Assembly (NCBI GenBank): GCA_021209525.1 | Contig: JAJOIF010000006.1 | Span: forward strand, 14,115 to 78,114 | Reading direction: 5' to 3' | Source of the DNA: Minisyncoccota bacterium | GTDB lineage: Bacteria; Patescibacteriota; Minisyncoccia; Phycocordibacterales; UBA1006 | Length of the DNA stretch: 64,000 nt | In this document: piece by piece, positions 9,729-18,576 of the stretch | Numbering within the stretch: the stretch's first letter is position 1 | Layout: the number at the start of each line of letters is the position of its first letter | The notes under the pieces: model-generated | Database searches by the model: none | What the model was told of the DNA's origin: nothing | Seen by the model: only the letters and a program-made list of their open reading frames with translations | Program-made: the position numbers and the translations under genes

Positions 9729-10312
9729 AGGAGTAGATTTTAGATAATGAATAAAAAGGACTTTATTTTATTATAGGGTAAGAAAGGAGAGAGGGCAAGG
9801 ATTGTTTGTATTGTAAAAAAATGTATTCATGCTATGCTATGTAAAAAATATGAACTATGAAAAAAATACATACAACGGAAGAATTTACTGATTTCCTAGA
9901 AAGAGGCAGATTCACCAAGGATGACCTGCTATACTGGGTTAAAAAAATTAAAAGCCTATTTAAGCGCCTCCTGCATTAGTTTGCAGGAGTTTTTTTCTTA
10001 CTCCGTCTGACATGGTAACCTATCTATATCTAATTGTACTGTGTCTTTAGAAGAATGAATGACACTTTTTTATTTTTTAAACCGCGCGTGTTTTATACAT
10101 GAGTCAAAATACGTATATTATTTTTTTTAAATCATTTTCAAGGGTTTTTCTTTTTTAGAGTAAAGGTCTATGGATTATGCACGCTGCAATGTTACAGAAA
10201 CATTATGAGTGCTTGACAATAAAACATAAATATGCTAATATATAAATGATTCGAAATCTATGCACGATGCATAGATGGGATGATCGATCATTCACAATAA
10301 AATATATACGTC

Positions 10313-10957
10313 ATGACAAAAGTCGCAGACAAAACCTTAGCACAGTATGTTAAGTTCCAACACGATATGTTGGAGAGAGTCCTTAAAGGATCAGTTGACC
10401 CGATTGCATTAATGAACGCACAACGTCCATTAATCGGTCAAAAGGCTAATCCTTACCTCAGATTAATCTCAGGAGGTGAAACCGTAACGATTTCTACCTG
10501 CAAGGGTGGGAAGAATGCAAACATCTATCACGCCAAGAAAACATTTCCTGGATACATAGATCCTGATTTCAATAATTGCGGAATCAACCTACCTCAACCA
10601 GCAACCGAGAAAACTGATGTTGATGTATACGAAATGTATAACAAAAACGCAGATTTCAGAACATTGTTTGGTTCATTGAGTTCAGACCTAAAAAGTCTTG
10701 CTTTTGAATCTCAAGAGCAGATTGAAACTTTCTGTAAAGAAAACAAGCAGTGGTTACGCACAGACGGTTACGGAACTTTCTTCCTATTTACTGAAGAGGT
10801 AGATGGTGAAGAAAAATTCTTCATTGCGGACGTGGGCTTCAGCTCTGGTGGGCTGATGGTGTACGTGTTCCACTTGTCGAGTGACCGCGTGTGGGCTGCG
10901 AGCGCTGCCCATCGCATTGTGGTACCTGCTACAAAAACCTCGGATACTCAGAACTAG
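10313..10957 (+). CDS. hypothetical protein
   Basis: No family recognised. Lies in a 1.5-kb mostly non-coding gap in the thymidylate cluster; ATG 9 nt after a TAAAAT box. Confidence 0.5.
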   Translation: MTKVADKTLAQYVKFQHDMLERVLKGSVDPIALMNAQRPLIGQKANPYLRLISGGETVTISTCKGGKNANIYHAKKTFPGYIDPDFNNCGINLPQPATEKTDVDVYEMYNKNADFRTLFGSLSSDLKSLAFESQEQIETFCKENKQWLRTDGYGTFFLFTEEVDGEEKFFIADVGFSSGGLMVYVFHLSSDRVWAASAAHRIVVPATKTSDTQN

Positions 10958-11193
10958 ATTCTTAGATCCTTAATACCTTAGACCCTTTCTTTCAAAGAAG
11001 GGTCTTTTTTATTACTCCATCCATCTATGGTCTCGTCCTTGGCACGCTGAGTATCGTTAATCCCATATAACGCGTGCTAACAAGCCGGAGGTGGAGATTT
11101 TTGGGATTTGATGCTCAGGATTTGCTTGCGATGTGGAATTTTTAGCTTGTAATTTTATCATCTTATTGCATCACTCACGATTCAATAGTAAAT

Positions 11194-11230
11194 ATTTGCC
11201 TCACGTTCCTTTTTCCCCTATACTTACCCT
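11194..11230 (+). promoter_or_regulatory. promoter cassette: -35 TTGCCT, 17-nt spacer, -10 TATACT, then 7 nt, abutting the glyA ATG (leaderless)
   Basis: Seen directly; a near-identical 37-bp copy lies upstream of dut at 13912-13948. Confidence 0.55.
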
Positions 11231-12490
11231 ATGTCATATATTAAAGAACAAGATCTTGAAATATATCAAGCAATCCAAGGTGAAGAAAAACGCCAGCGAG
11301 AAGGACTTGAACTCATTCCGTCAGAAAATTATGTATCACGCGCTGTGCTTGAGGCTAATGGCTCAGTATTTACCAATAAATATTCAGAAGGGTATCCAGG
11401 GCGACGTTACTATGGTGGTCAAGAATATACAGATATTATTGAGCAAGTAGCAATAGATCGTGCATGCCAGTTATTCGGTGCCCGTTTTGCAAATGTGCAA
11501 CCACTCTCTGGTGCTCCTGCAAATCTTGCGCTCTATGCAGCACTTTTGGAGCCAGGAGATACGGTGCTTGGTATGGATTTGTCACATGGTGGACACTTGA
11601 CCCATGGACACCCGGTTACTTTCCCTGCAAAGATTTTTAACTTTGTGCGTTATGGCATGAAAAATATCGAGACAGGAGAAATTGACTATGAGGCACTTCG
11701 TGAAGTCGCTCTCCGTGAACAGCCAAAAATTATTCTCGCTGGTTTTTCTGCATATTCTCGTGAATTAGATTACAAAAAATTTGTAGACATTGCCCGCGAA
11801 GTAGGCGCCATTACTGTTGCTGACGTAGCCCATATTGCAGGGCTTATTGCAGGCAAGGCGCTCCGCAATCCATTTGATGATGGTTTTGATATTATGACCA
11901 CCACGACACATAAAACATTACGCGGCCCTCGTGGAGGTATGATTCTCGTGCGCGAAGACGAAGAACTTTTTAAAAAAATCAATAAGGCAGTTTTCCCTGG
12001 GCTGCAAGGCGGCCCCCATATGAATCATATAGCAGCCAAAGCTGTTGCATTTGGTGAAGCGCTCGATCCTTCTTTTCAAAAGTATGCTGCGCAGGTTATT
12101 AAAAATGCAGCTGCGATGGCAGACGTTTTTCACCATGAAGGTATTCGCATGATAGGTGGAGGAACATCAAATCACCTTATCTTGGCTGATGTATATGGGT
12201 CATTAGGTATTACAGGAAAAGAAGCTCAAACACTATTAGATGAAGTAGGAATCACGCTCAATATGAATAGCATTCCTGATGATGAACGCAAACCACTTGA
12301 TCCTTCAGGGATTCGTTTTGGTACACCAGCCATAACTACGCGTGGTTTTACTGAAAAAGAATGCGCGCGTGTGGCAGAGCTCATGATTGCTCTCTTGCGC
12401 AATAAAGATAATGCAGAACTCAAAGAGAGTATTACAGAAGAAGTACGTAATCTCGCAACCACATTTCCTGTGCCAGAGAGGTTTATCTAA
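11231..12490 (+). CDS. glyA: serine hydroxymethyltransferase
   Basis: SHMT motifs LIPSENYVSRAV, PLP-site TTTTHKTLRGPRGGMI. Confidence 0.95.
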   Translation: MSYIKEQDLEIYQAIQGEEKRQREGLELIPSENYVSRAVLEANGSVFTNKYSEGYPGRRYYGGQEYTDIIEQVAIDRACQLFGARFANVQPLSGAPANLALYAALLEPGDTVLGMDLSHGGHLTHGHPVTFPAKIFNFVRYGMKNIETGEIDYEALREVALREQPKIILAGFSAYSRELDYKKFVDIAREVGAITVADVAHIAGLIAGKALRNPFDDGFDIMTTTTHKTLRGPRGGMILVREDEELFKKINKAVFPGLQGGPHMNHIAAKAVAFGEALDPSFQKYAAQVIKNAAAMADVFHHEGIRMIGGGTSNHLILADVYGSLGITGKEAQTLLDEVGITLNMNSIPDDERKPLDPSGIRFGTPAITTRGFTEKECARVAELMIALLRNKDNAELKESITEEVRNLATTFPVPERFI

Positions 12491-12498
12491 GTCGTGCT

Positions 12499-12891
12499 AT
12501 GAAAATTGTTATTACACATGCAACCACATTTCCTTTTGAGCAAGAGCTCTATGCTCCACTGATGGCTGCTGATTTTTTTTCCGAACATGAATTTCTCTTG
12601 CCACAGCGCACGGGACTTGCGCAACAAATTACCGAAGATATGATTCGCACAGCAGATGTGGTCATTTGCGAAGTGTCATTACCTTCAACAGGGCAAGGGA
12701 TTGAAATAGGGTGGGCGACCGCACATAAAACACCTTGTGTGTGTATACACAAAAAAGACGCTCATATTTCAGGTGCACTACAGTATGTGTGCGATGTTAT
12801 TATTCCATATAGAGATACGCAGGATATGGTAGAGCAGGTGAGGAGGGTGTGTGGGGCAAGCACCAAGCACCAAACTCCAAATAACAAGTAA
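12499..12891 (+). CDS. nucleoside 2-deoxyribosyltransferase / DNPH1-like protein (putative)
   Basis: Short flavodoxin-like layout with ADVVICEVS...GQGIEIGWA resembling the NDT/Rcl fold; context is a thymidylate cluster. The last ~11 codons overlap a repeat-element TIR. Confidence 0.4.
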   Translation: MKIVITHATTFPFEQELYAPLMAADFFSEHEFLLPQRTGLAQQITEDMIRTADVVICEVSLPSTGQGIEIGWATAHKTPCVCIHKKDAHISGALQYVCDVIIPYRDTQDMVEQVRRVCGASTKHQTPNNK

Positions 12892-13139
12892 CCACCTCTT
12901 CTCCCTTCGTCCGCCGTAGCCTTGGCGAAGGCGGAGTGTTTCTTGTAAATGAGCTATTGGCATACGTACCACAAAGTCTGTAAGCGGTACCACAGCCGCG
13001 AGATCCCGGAATTTGTTCGCATGCTCACAAATTCCGGGAATGAGTGGTTGTTCGTATTTTCCGGGAAGGAGTGGTTATTTGTAATTTGCCTGCCTCGTTA
13101 TACGGGGTTGTATCTTGTTATTTGGCGCTTGGTGCTTAT
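12857..13139. mobile_element. MITE-like non-autonomous element (~283 bp) bounded by ~30-bp imperfect terminal inverted repeats (CAAGCACCAAGCACCAAA..AAATAACAAG)
   Basis: Left TIR 12857-12893 and right TIR 13105-13139 are reverse complements. Interior carries AATTCCGGGAA(T/G)GAGTGGTT direct repeats and the CCGTAGCCTTGGCGAAGGCGGAG module shared with other copies. Confidence 0.6.
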
Positions 13140-13185
13140 AACTTACATTCTACAAAAACAACCATATACATGCTATACTAAATCC

Positions 13186-13881
13186 ATGCAAGGAAAACTC
13201 ATAGTTATTGACGGCACCGATGGATCAGGCAAAGCAACACAGGTCGCCCACCTCAAAGAGCGATTAGTTGCCGAAGGGTATCAAGTCGCATCGCTTGATT
13301 TTCCACGATACGAAGACAACTTTTTTGGATCATTTATTGGTGAATGTTTGCGTGGTGATCATGGTGATTGGGCAGGACTCAGTCCACGTATCGCATCTGT
13401 GGTATATGCCGCCGATCGTTTTGAATCTGCAGAAACTATTCGCGCATGGCTCGCTGAGGGCAGGGTAGTCATCTTGGATCGCTATGTTTCTTCTAATCAA
13501 ATTCATCAAGGAGGTAAAATTACTGAGACCCATGAGCGCAAGGCATTTCTCACATGGCTCGATACTATGGAGCATGACATTTTTAAAATACCGAGACCAG
13601 ATATTATTATATATCTTGATGTACCACTTGCGGTGAGTCAGGCATTACTTTCCCAAAAAAATACACAAGATACCAAGACATATCTCGCTGGCAAAAAAGA
13701 TCAGCATGAAAATGACCTCGAACATCTCACTGCTGCCAAAGAAGCAGGACTTGCCCTTATTGCAGAAATGAATAATTGGCATCGTATTAACTGTGCACCT
13801 GAGGGCGAGCTTTTGTCTATAGAAGAGGTGCATGAGATGGTGTACGGGGTGTTAAGTGAAGGAGGGTATCTTGTCTCTTAG
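13186..13881 (+). CDS. tmk: thymidylate kinase
   Basis: P-loop IVIDGTDGSGKATQ, DRY motif (VILDRYVSSN). Internal ATG 13186 chosen; upstream part of the track ORF is repeat-element sequence. Confidence 0.9.
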   Translation: MQGKLIVIDGTDGSGKATQVAHLKERLVAEGYQVASLDFPRYEDNFFGSFIGECLRGDHGDWAGLSPRIASVVYAADRFESAETIRAWLAEGRVVILDRYVSSNQIHQGGKITETHERKAFLTWLDTMEHDIFKIPRPDIIIYLDVPLAVSQALLSQKNTQDTKTYLAGKKDQHENDLEHLTAAKEAGLALIAEMNNWHRINCAPEGELLSIEEVHEMVYGVLSEGGYLVS

Positions 13882-13911
13882 AAGTTACTTGTCCCGACCA
13901 GCGGAGCTCTC

Positions 13912-13948
13912 ATTTGCCTCACGCTTCTTTTTCCCCTATACTTACCCT
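13912..13948 (+). promoter_or_regulatory. promoter cassette (TTGCCT-17-TATACT-7-ATG) abutting the dut start; near-identical to the glyA copy
   Basis: 35 of 37 nt identical to 11194-11230. Confidence 0.55.
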
Positions 13949-14371
13949 ATGAAATTTCTTATCAAAAAATTACATCCTGATGCAAAGATGCCCACCTATG
14001 CCCATACTACTGATGCTGGCTTAGATATGTATGCATGCGAACGCGTCATTGTGCCGCCACATGGTCGCATGCGTATATATCACGGCTTTGCGCTCCTTAT
14101 TCCTCCGGGATATGCAGGCATTGTCAAAGACAAGAGTTCTGTGAGCAATGCGGGACTGCACCAAATTGGTGGCGTATTTGATGCGGGCTTTACTGGTGAA
14201 TATAATACACAGCTTGTTAATCTCACTGATACTGAATATGTTTTTGAAAAAGGCGACAAAGTCTCTCAGCTCGTCATTATTCCAATTGCGCAACCAGAAT
14301 TTGAGCATGTTGAGGTATTTCCTGAAACTGAAAGAGGGGAGGGTTCTTTTGGTTCAACGGGTAAGCAATAA
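13949..14371 (+). CDS. dut: dUTP diphosphatase
   Basis: dUTPase motifs AGLDMYA, RSS-like KSSVSN, GVFDAGFTGE; internal ATG 13949. Confidence 0.9.
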   Translation: MKFLIKKLHPDAKMPTYAHTTDAGLDMYACERVIVPPHGRMRIYHGFALLIPPGYAGIVKDKSSVSNAGLHQIGGVFDAGFTGEYNTQLVNLTDTEYVFEKGDKVSQLVIIPIAQPEFEHVEVFPETERGEGSFGSTGKQ

Positions 14372-14410
14372 TCATTGGCATAATGTATTTTTTTATGTAG
14401 TATAGTGATT

Positions 14411-16108
14411 ATGTATATTCATCATACCTTACAACGCTACATTGCGACAGCGCTCCGTGATTTTGATGTGCGTGAGCACGACATACACCTCGAGCATCCA
14501 GCTGATTTCATGCACGGCGATTATGCAATCAATAGCGCACTCATATATGCACGTAATAGAGGTATTGCTCCGCGCGAACTCGCTGAACAATTTGTACAAG
14601 AACTTACCAAAGATATGCCGGCATATCTTGAGCGTATTGAAATTGCAGGTCCTGGATTTATTAACCTTTTCCTCGCGCGTCCTTTTTTGCAATCAACCCT
14701 CGCTGATATTATTGCAGACAGTGTGCATTATGGACGCGGATCATTGCTCTCGGGCAAGCGCGTGCTCATTGAACACTCGAGCCCTAATCTCTTCAAGCCA
14801 TTTCATATTGGGCATATGATGAATAATGCTATTGGTGAATCATTAGTGCGCACTGCTGAATATGTAGGCGGCGATGTTATTGCGCTCTCGTATCCATCAG
14901 ATATTTCCCTCGGTATTGGCAAGGCAATTTGGTTTCTCTTGAGTAATGGTGGCAAGGAGGCACTTGCTGAGCGGGCGACACTCCATGAACAAATACTCTT
15001 GCTCGGTTCATGTTATGTGCAAGGAGTACGCGCATTTGATGACACGCCAGAGATTCAATCTGATGTCCGCGAAATTACGCGTCAGATTTTTGAACAAGAA
15101 CCAACTCCCGCATATGAGCTCTATACGCTCTGCAAGCAATTAAACATTGATTACTTTATTGCCATCACCAAGAGACTCGGTTCTCATTTCGCTGATTTTA
15201 TTTTTGAAAGTGAAGCAGGTGTGAGAGGGCAAGACATGGTACGCGCACATACACCGAGTGTCTTTCGGGTAAGTAATGGTGCACATATTTACGAAGGCGA
15301 ACAAGATGGGCTCCATACGCGTGTTTTCATTAATGCCGAAGGATATCCTACGTATGAAGCCAAAGATATTGGTCTTCTGGCCATAAAGTTTGAACGCTAT
15401 CAGCCTGATATTTCAGTACTCATTACCGACCATGAACAAAAAGAATACTATAAAGTCGTTTTAGCAGCTGCTGGAAATATTGCACCGGTGTGGCGTGATT
15501 GTTCTGTTCATGTGACACATGGACGCATGACGCTCCTTGGTCAAAAAATGTCATCACGCTTGGGCGGTGTACCAACAGCGGTTGAGCTGCTTGATACATT
15601 ACGCAGCGATGTATATGAAAAAAATACTGACGCATCAGATGATCTCGCTGATGCTATTGCACTTGCAGCAATAAAATTTACCATCCTCAAAACACAAGCA
15701 GGTAAAAATATTAATTTTGATCCTGATCAATCACTTTCTTTTGAAGGTGATTCTGGTCCATATCTACAATATACACATGCGCGCATTCAATCACTCCTCA
15801 CCAAAGGAGAGGGGATGGGTATACATCCGCGTATTGATGGAGCATTAAGCGAAGAAGTATTGCTCGAGCGTATGCTCTATAGATTTCCGCACATACTTGA
15901 GCGTGTCATTAAAGATTATTCGCCGCACCATCTCGCACACTATGCGTTGGAGGTAGCACGCGTCTTTAATAGTTGGTATGGTGGTACAAAAATTCTTGAC
16001 CCTGAAAATCCTCACGCTCCGTATTATCTTGGCTTGGCTCAAGCGACAGGTATTATTCTTGAGCGCAGTTTATACCTTTTAGGTATTCACGCACCAGAGA
16101 GGATGTAA
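14411..16108 (+). CDS. argS: arginine--tRNA ligase
   Basis: Class I HIGH motif (PFHIGHMMNNAIGE), DALR anticodon-binding C-terminus. ATG 14411 (7 nt after a TAGTAT box) preferred over GTG 14405. Confidence 0.9.
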   Translation: MYIHHTLQRYIATALRDFDVREHDIHLEHPADFMHGDYAINSALIYARNRGIAPRELAEQFVQELTKDMPAYLERIEIAGPGFINLFLARPFLQSTLADIIADSVHYGRGSLLSGKRVLIEHSSPNLFKPFHIGHMMNNAIGESLVRTAEYVGGDVIALSYPSDISLGIGKAIWFLLSNGGKEALAERATLHEQILLLGSCYVQGVRAFDDTPEIQSDVREITRQIFEQEPTPAYELYTLCKQLNIDYFIAITKRLGSHFADFIFESEAGVRGQDMVRAHTPSVFRVSNGAHIYEGEQDGLHTRVFINAEGYPTYEAKDIGLLAIKFERYQPDISVLITDHEQKEYYKVVLAAAGNIAPVWRDCSVHVTHGRMTLLGQKMSSRLGGVPTAVELLDTLRSDVYEKNTDASDDLADAIALAAIKFTILKTQAGKNINFDPDQSLSFEGDSGPYLQYTHARIQSLLTKGEGMGIHPRIDGALSEEVLLERMLYRFPHILERVIKDYSPHHLAHYALEVARVFNSWYGGTKILDPENPHAPYYLGLAQATGIILERSLYLLGIHAPERM

Positions 16109-16244
16109 GCGCAGAAAGTATCAAACATCAAATTTCTCTCTGTGGTTTCGCGATGAGCGGGTGTCTTGTAATATATGATTGGATGCTTGGAATTTTATCT
16201 TCCCCTTACCAAAACCAAAAAAATGTGTATAATACTCTCTACAT

Positions 16245-17311
16245 ATGATAGAATTCTTAATACTCACTTTTGCCGTTATTATCGCATCAGGCATTTTTTC
16301 TGGAATTGAGGCCGCTCTCTTTTCAGTGTCACAAGCCCGTGCTCTCGTACTCAAAGAGCAGGGTATTGCCGGAGCAGACGCTCTCGTTACCCTCAAAACA
16401 AACCTCCAACAAGCAATTATCGTTATTGTTATTGGAAATAATATTGTAAATATTGCTGGATCTCTTTTTGTTGGGGTTGTGGCGGTGCGGCTTTTTGGAG
16501 ACCCGCTCATTGGACTCATTTCAGCCCTTTTAACACTTCTTATCATTATTTTTGGAGAAATCTTGCCAAAAACTATTGGTGAAAATAATGCAGAAAAATC
16601 AGCCTCGCTATTTCACGCCCGCTCACTGGACTTATCTTTATACTGAAGCCGCTCGTTATGTTGCTCGAGCAACTCACCAAGCGTTTTTCTACAGTACGCA
16701 AAATGGTTTCCGAAGAAGAGCTCTCTTTACTCTCAGAACTCGGACACCTCGAGGGAAGTATTGAAGAAGATGAGCGCGACATTATTCAGCGCGTCTTTAC
16801 GTTGAATGACATCACTGCATATGACATTATGACACCGCGCACTATGATGGTAGGGATTCACAAAGATACCGTGCTCGGTCACGCACGTGAAGAAATTTTT
16901 GAAATGTCTAATTCGCGTCTTCCGGTATATGGAGAAGATTATGATGACATTGTGGGTATGTGCTATATGCGCGATCTCTTGATTGCGCTCGCTCGTGATG
17001 AACACCAAAAGACTGTTTCTGATTATAGGAAAGACGTTCTCTATGTATCCGAAGATATGCGTGTTGATGATTTGCTCAGGTTATTCTTGTCTCGCCGAGG
17101 ACATATGGCTATTGTTAAAGATGAATTTGAAGGAACGAGTGGTCTCGTTACTCTTGAAGATGTCCTTGAACAACTCGTGGGAGAAATTGTTGATGAAACT
17201 GATGAGGTTGTAGATACACGCGAAGAAGCGAAACGCGAAGCCGAAGAGTCTGATTTGATTATTGAAGAATCAGAGGATAGGGAGGAAGAGGAAATTTCAA
17301 GTATCAAATAA
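16245..17311 (+). pseudogene. CNNM/CorC-HlyC family (DUF21 + 2xCBS + CorC_HlyC) transporter gene interrupted by a 1-nt frameshift near 16618-16625
   Basis: ORF 16245-16646 (DUF21 TM part) and ORF 16658-17311 (CBS pair + CorC_HlyC) read as one protein (..FHA-RPLTGLIFILKPLVMLLEQLTK..) if one base is restored in the CCC run at ~16619. Confidence 0.7.
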
Positions 17312-17354
17312 CAAATTCCAAGCCCATCAAACAGGGTGAGTGAGTAATAAATCC

Positions 17355-17866
17355 CAAGCACCAAATAACAAGATACAAACAAATTCCAATATAAAAAATA
17401 CAAAAATTACTCGACCTTCTTTATAATAGCAGAGAGAATGCGTCTAAGCGCTAAAGATTCCTCTTTCAGAGAATTGAGGAGTGCGCTGTTTCCTCCAGGA
17501 TCAACATGCAACAAAGAAAGCCAGTACTCTGTTTCGCGTGCTTCTCTGCGAGAGATTTTCATATATTTTTACATATCTTTTTTACTCAATCCTTCATTTG
17601 CTTCAATATAATTAGCCCCAATAGATGAGGATGAGCGAAGTAATTGCACATAGTATACTTTGTTAATAAATGTATTTTTGTTGGTAAAACATAATTACGA
17701 ACGTCTATTGCAAATCTTTGTGTGCGATCGATAAGGTCATATGTCATATGTGATCTAATATACACAAATTATATGAATATTAGATAAATTCAGTTTTGAG
17801 ATTCATATATTGATTCTTGGTATTTGTTTGGTATTTGTTATTTGGTGCTTGGTGCTTTTAAATTCC
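17355..17866. mobile_element. TIR-bounded element (~510 bp) of the CAAGCACCAAATAACAAG family carrying a decayed four-helix-bundle protein gene
   Basis: Left TIR 17355-17390 and inverted right TIR 17814-17866; an additional partial TIR at 17298-17324 overlaps the stop of the upstream gene. Confidence 0.55.
17407..17694 (-). pseudogene. four-helix-bundle (23S rRNA intervening-sequence type) protein, fragmented
   Basis: Minus-strand frames give ..VYYVQLLRSSSSIGANYIEANEGLSKKDM* followed by MKISRREARETEYWLSLLHVDPG.. (EYWL motif). Two frames, an internal stop and no N-terminal Met. Confidence 0.5.
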
Positions 17867-17956
17867 ATTTCCTTACTTCATGTATCTTTTTGCATATGCG
17901 CATATAACTTCCCACAAACAAAAAAACCACCCAGAGGGGTGATTTTTGAAAAGACA

Positions 17957-18304
17957 TTATTTTTTAGCTTCAGATACGATATTTTCGAATGCTTGCGGAT
18001 TATGTTCTGCAATATCAGCAAGTACTTTGCGATCGAGGGTGATATCTTTCTTTTTAAGCATATCAATAAAGCGACTATATGAAAGACCAAATGCGCGTAC
18101 TGCGGCATTGATTTTGATAGTCCATAAACGACGGAAATCTCCTTTTTTGTCTTTGCGGTGAGCAAAGGCGTGATTTCCTGCATGCAAGATTGCTTCTTTT
18201 GCTTGTCTGAATTTCTTTGAGCGACCAAAACGATATCCTTTAGCGAGCTTGAGGACATTTTTACGTCGTTTATTTGCGATGGTTCCTCGTTTTACACGTG
18301 ACAT
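17957..18304 (-). CDS. rplT: 50S ribosomal protein L20
   Basis: Canonical L20 sequence [28 protein letters not shown]. Confidence 0.95.
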   Translation of the reverse strand: MSRVKRGTIANKRRKNVLKLAKGYRFGRSKKFRQAKEAILHAGNHAFAHRKDKKGDFRRLWTIKINAAVRAFGLSYSRFIDMLKKKDITLDRKVLADIAEHNPQAFENIVSEAKK

Positions 18305-18339
18305 ATAAATTTCTGTTCATTAATAAATCCTAATAAAAA

Positions 18340-18540
18340 CTATGCGTGGGGAAGGTTGAGATTCTTTACCTTTACTGAAAGGGTAATTGATCGCCCTCGC
18401 GCGCGCGCGAGTTGTTTTGATCGACTTTCTTTTGCGTTAAAGTGATTTCTACCAGCCTTGCGAACAAGGATTTTTCCGGTGCGAGTCAATTTGAGACGCT
18501 TGGTGTATGATTTGTTTGTTTTTTGACTACTCATATGCAA
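18340..18540 (-). CDS. rpmI: 50S ribosomal protein L35
   Basis: Small basic protein KTNKSYTKRLKLTRTGKILVRKAGRNH, between infC and rplT. Confidence 0.9.
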   Translation of the reverse strand: MHMSSQKTNKSYTKRLKLTRTGKILVRKAGRNHFNAKESRSKQLARARGRSITLSVKVKNLNLPHA

Positions 18541-18576
18541 GTACTAAAAATGATTAATGTCTCTACTTGTGGCACG

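Noticed and set aside
9851-9980. Small ORF (about 42 aa, MNYEKNTYNGRIY...) with its own terminator in the thyA-glyA gap
   Set aside because: It is too short and featureless to call. It is mentioned only as part of the gap description.
16121-16546. Minus-strand ORF 16121-16546 antisense to the CorC-family gene
   Set aside because: It overlaps a well-supported plus-strand membrane-domain gene and has no features of its own.
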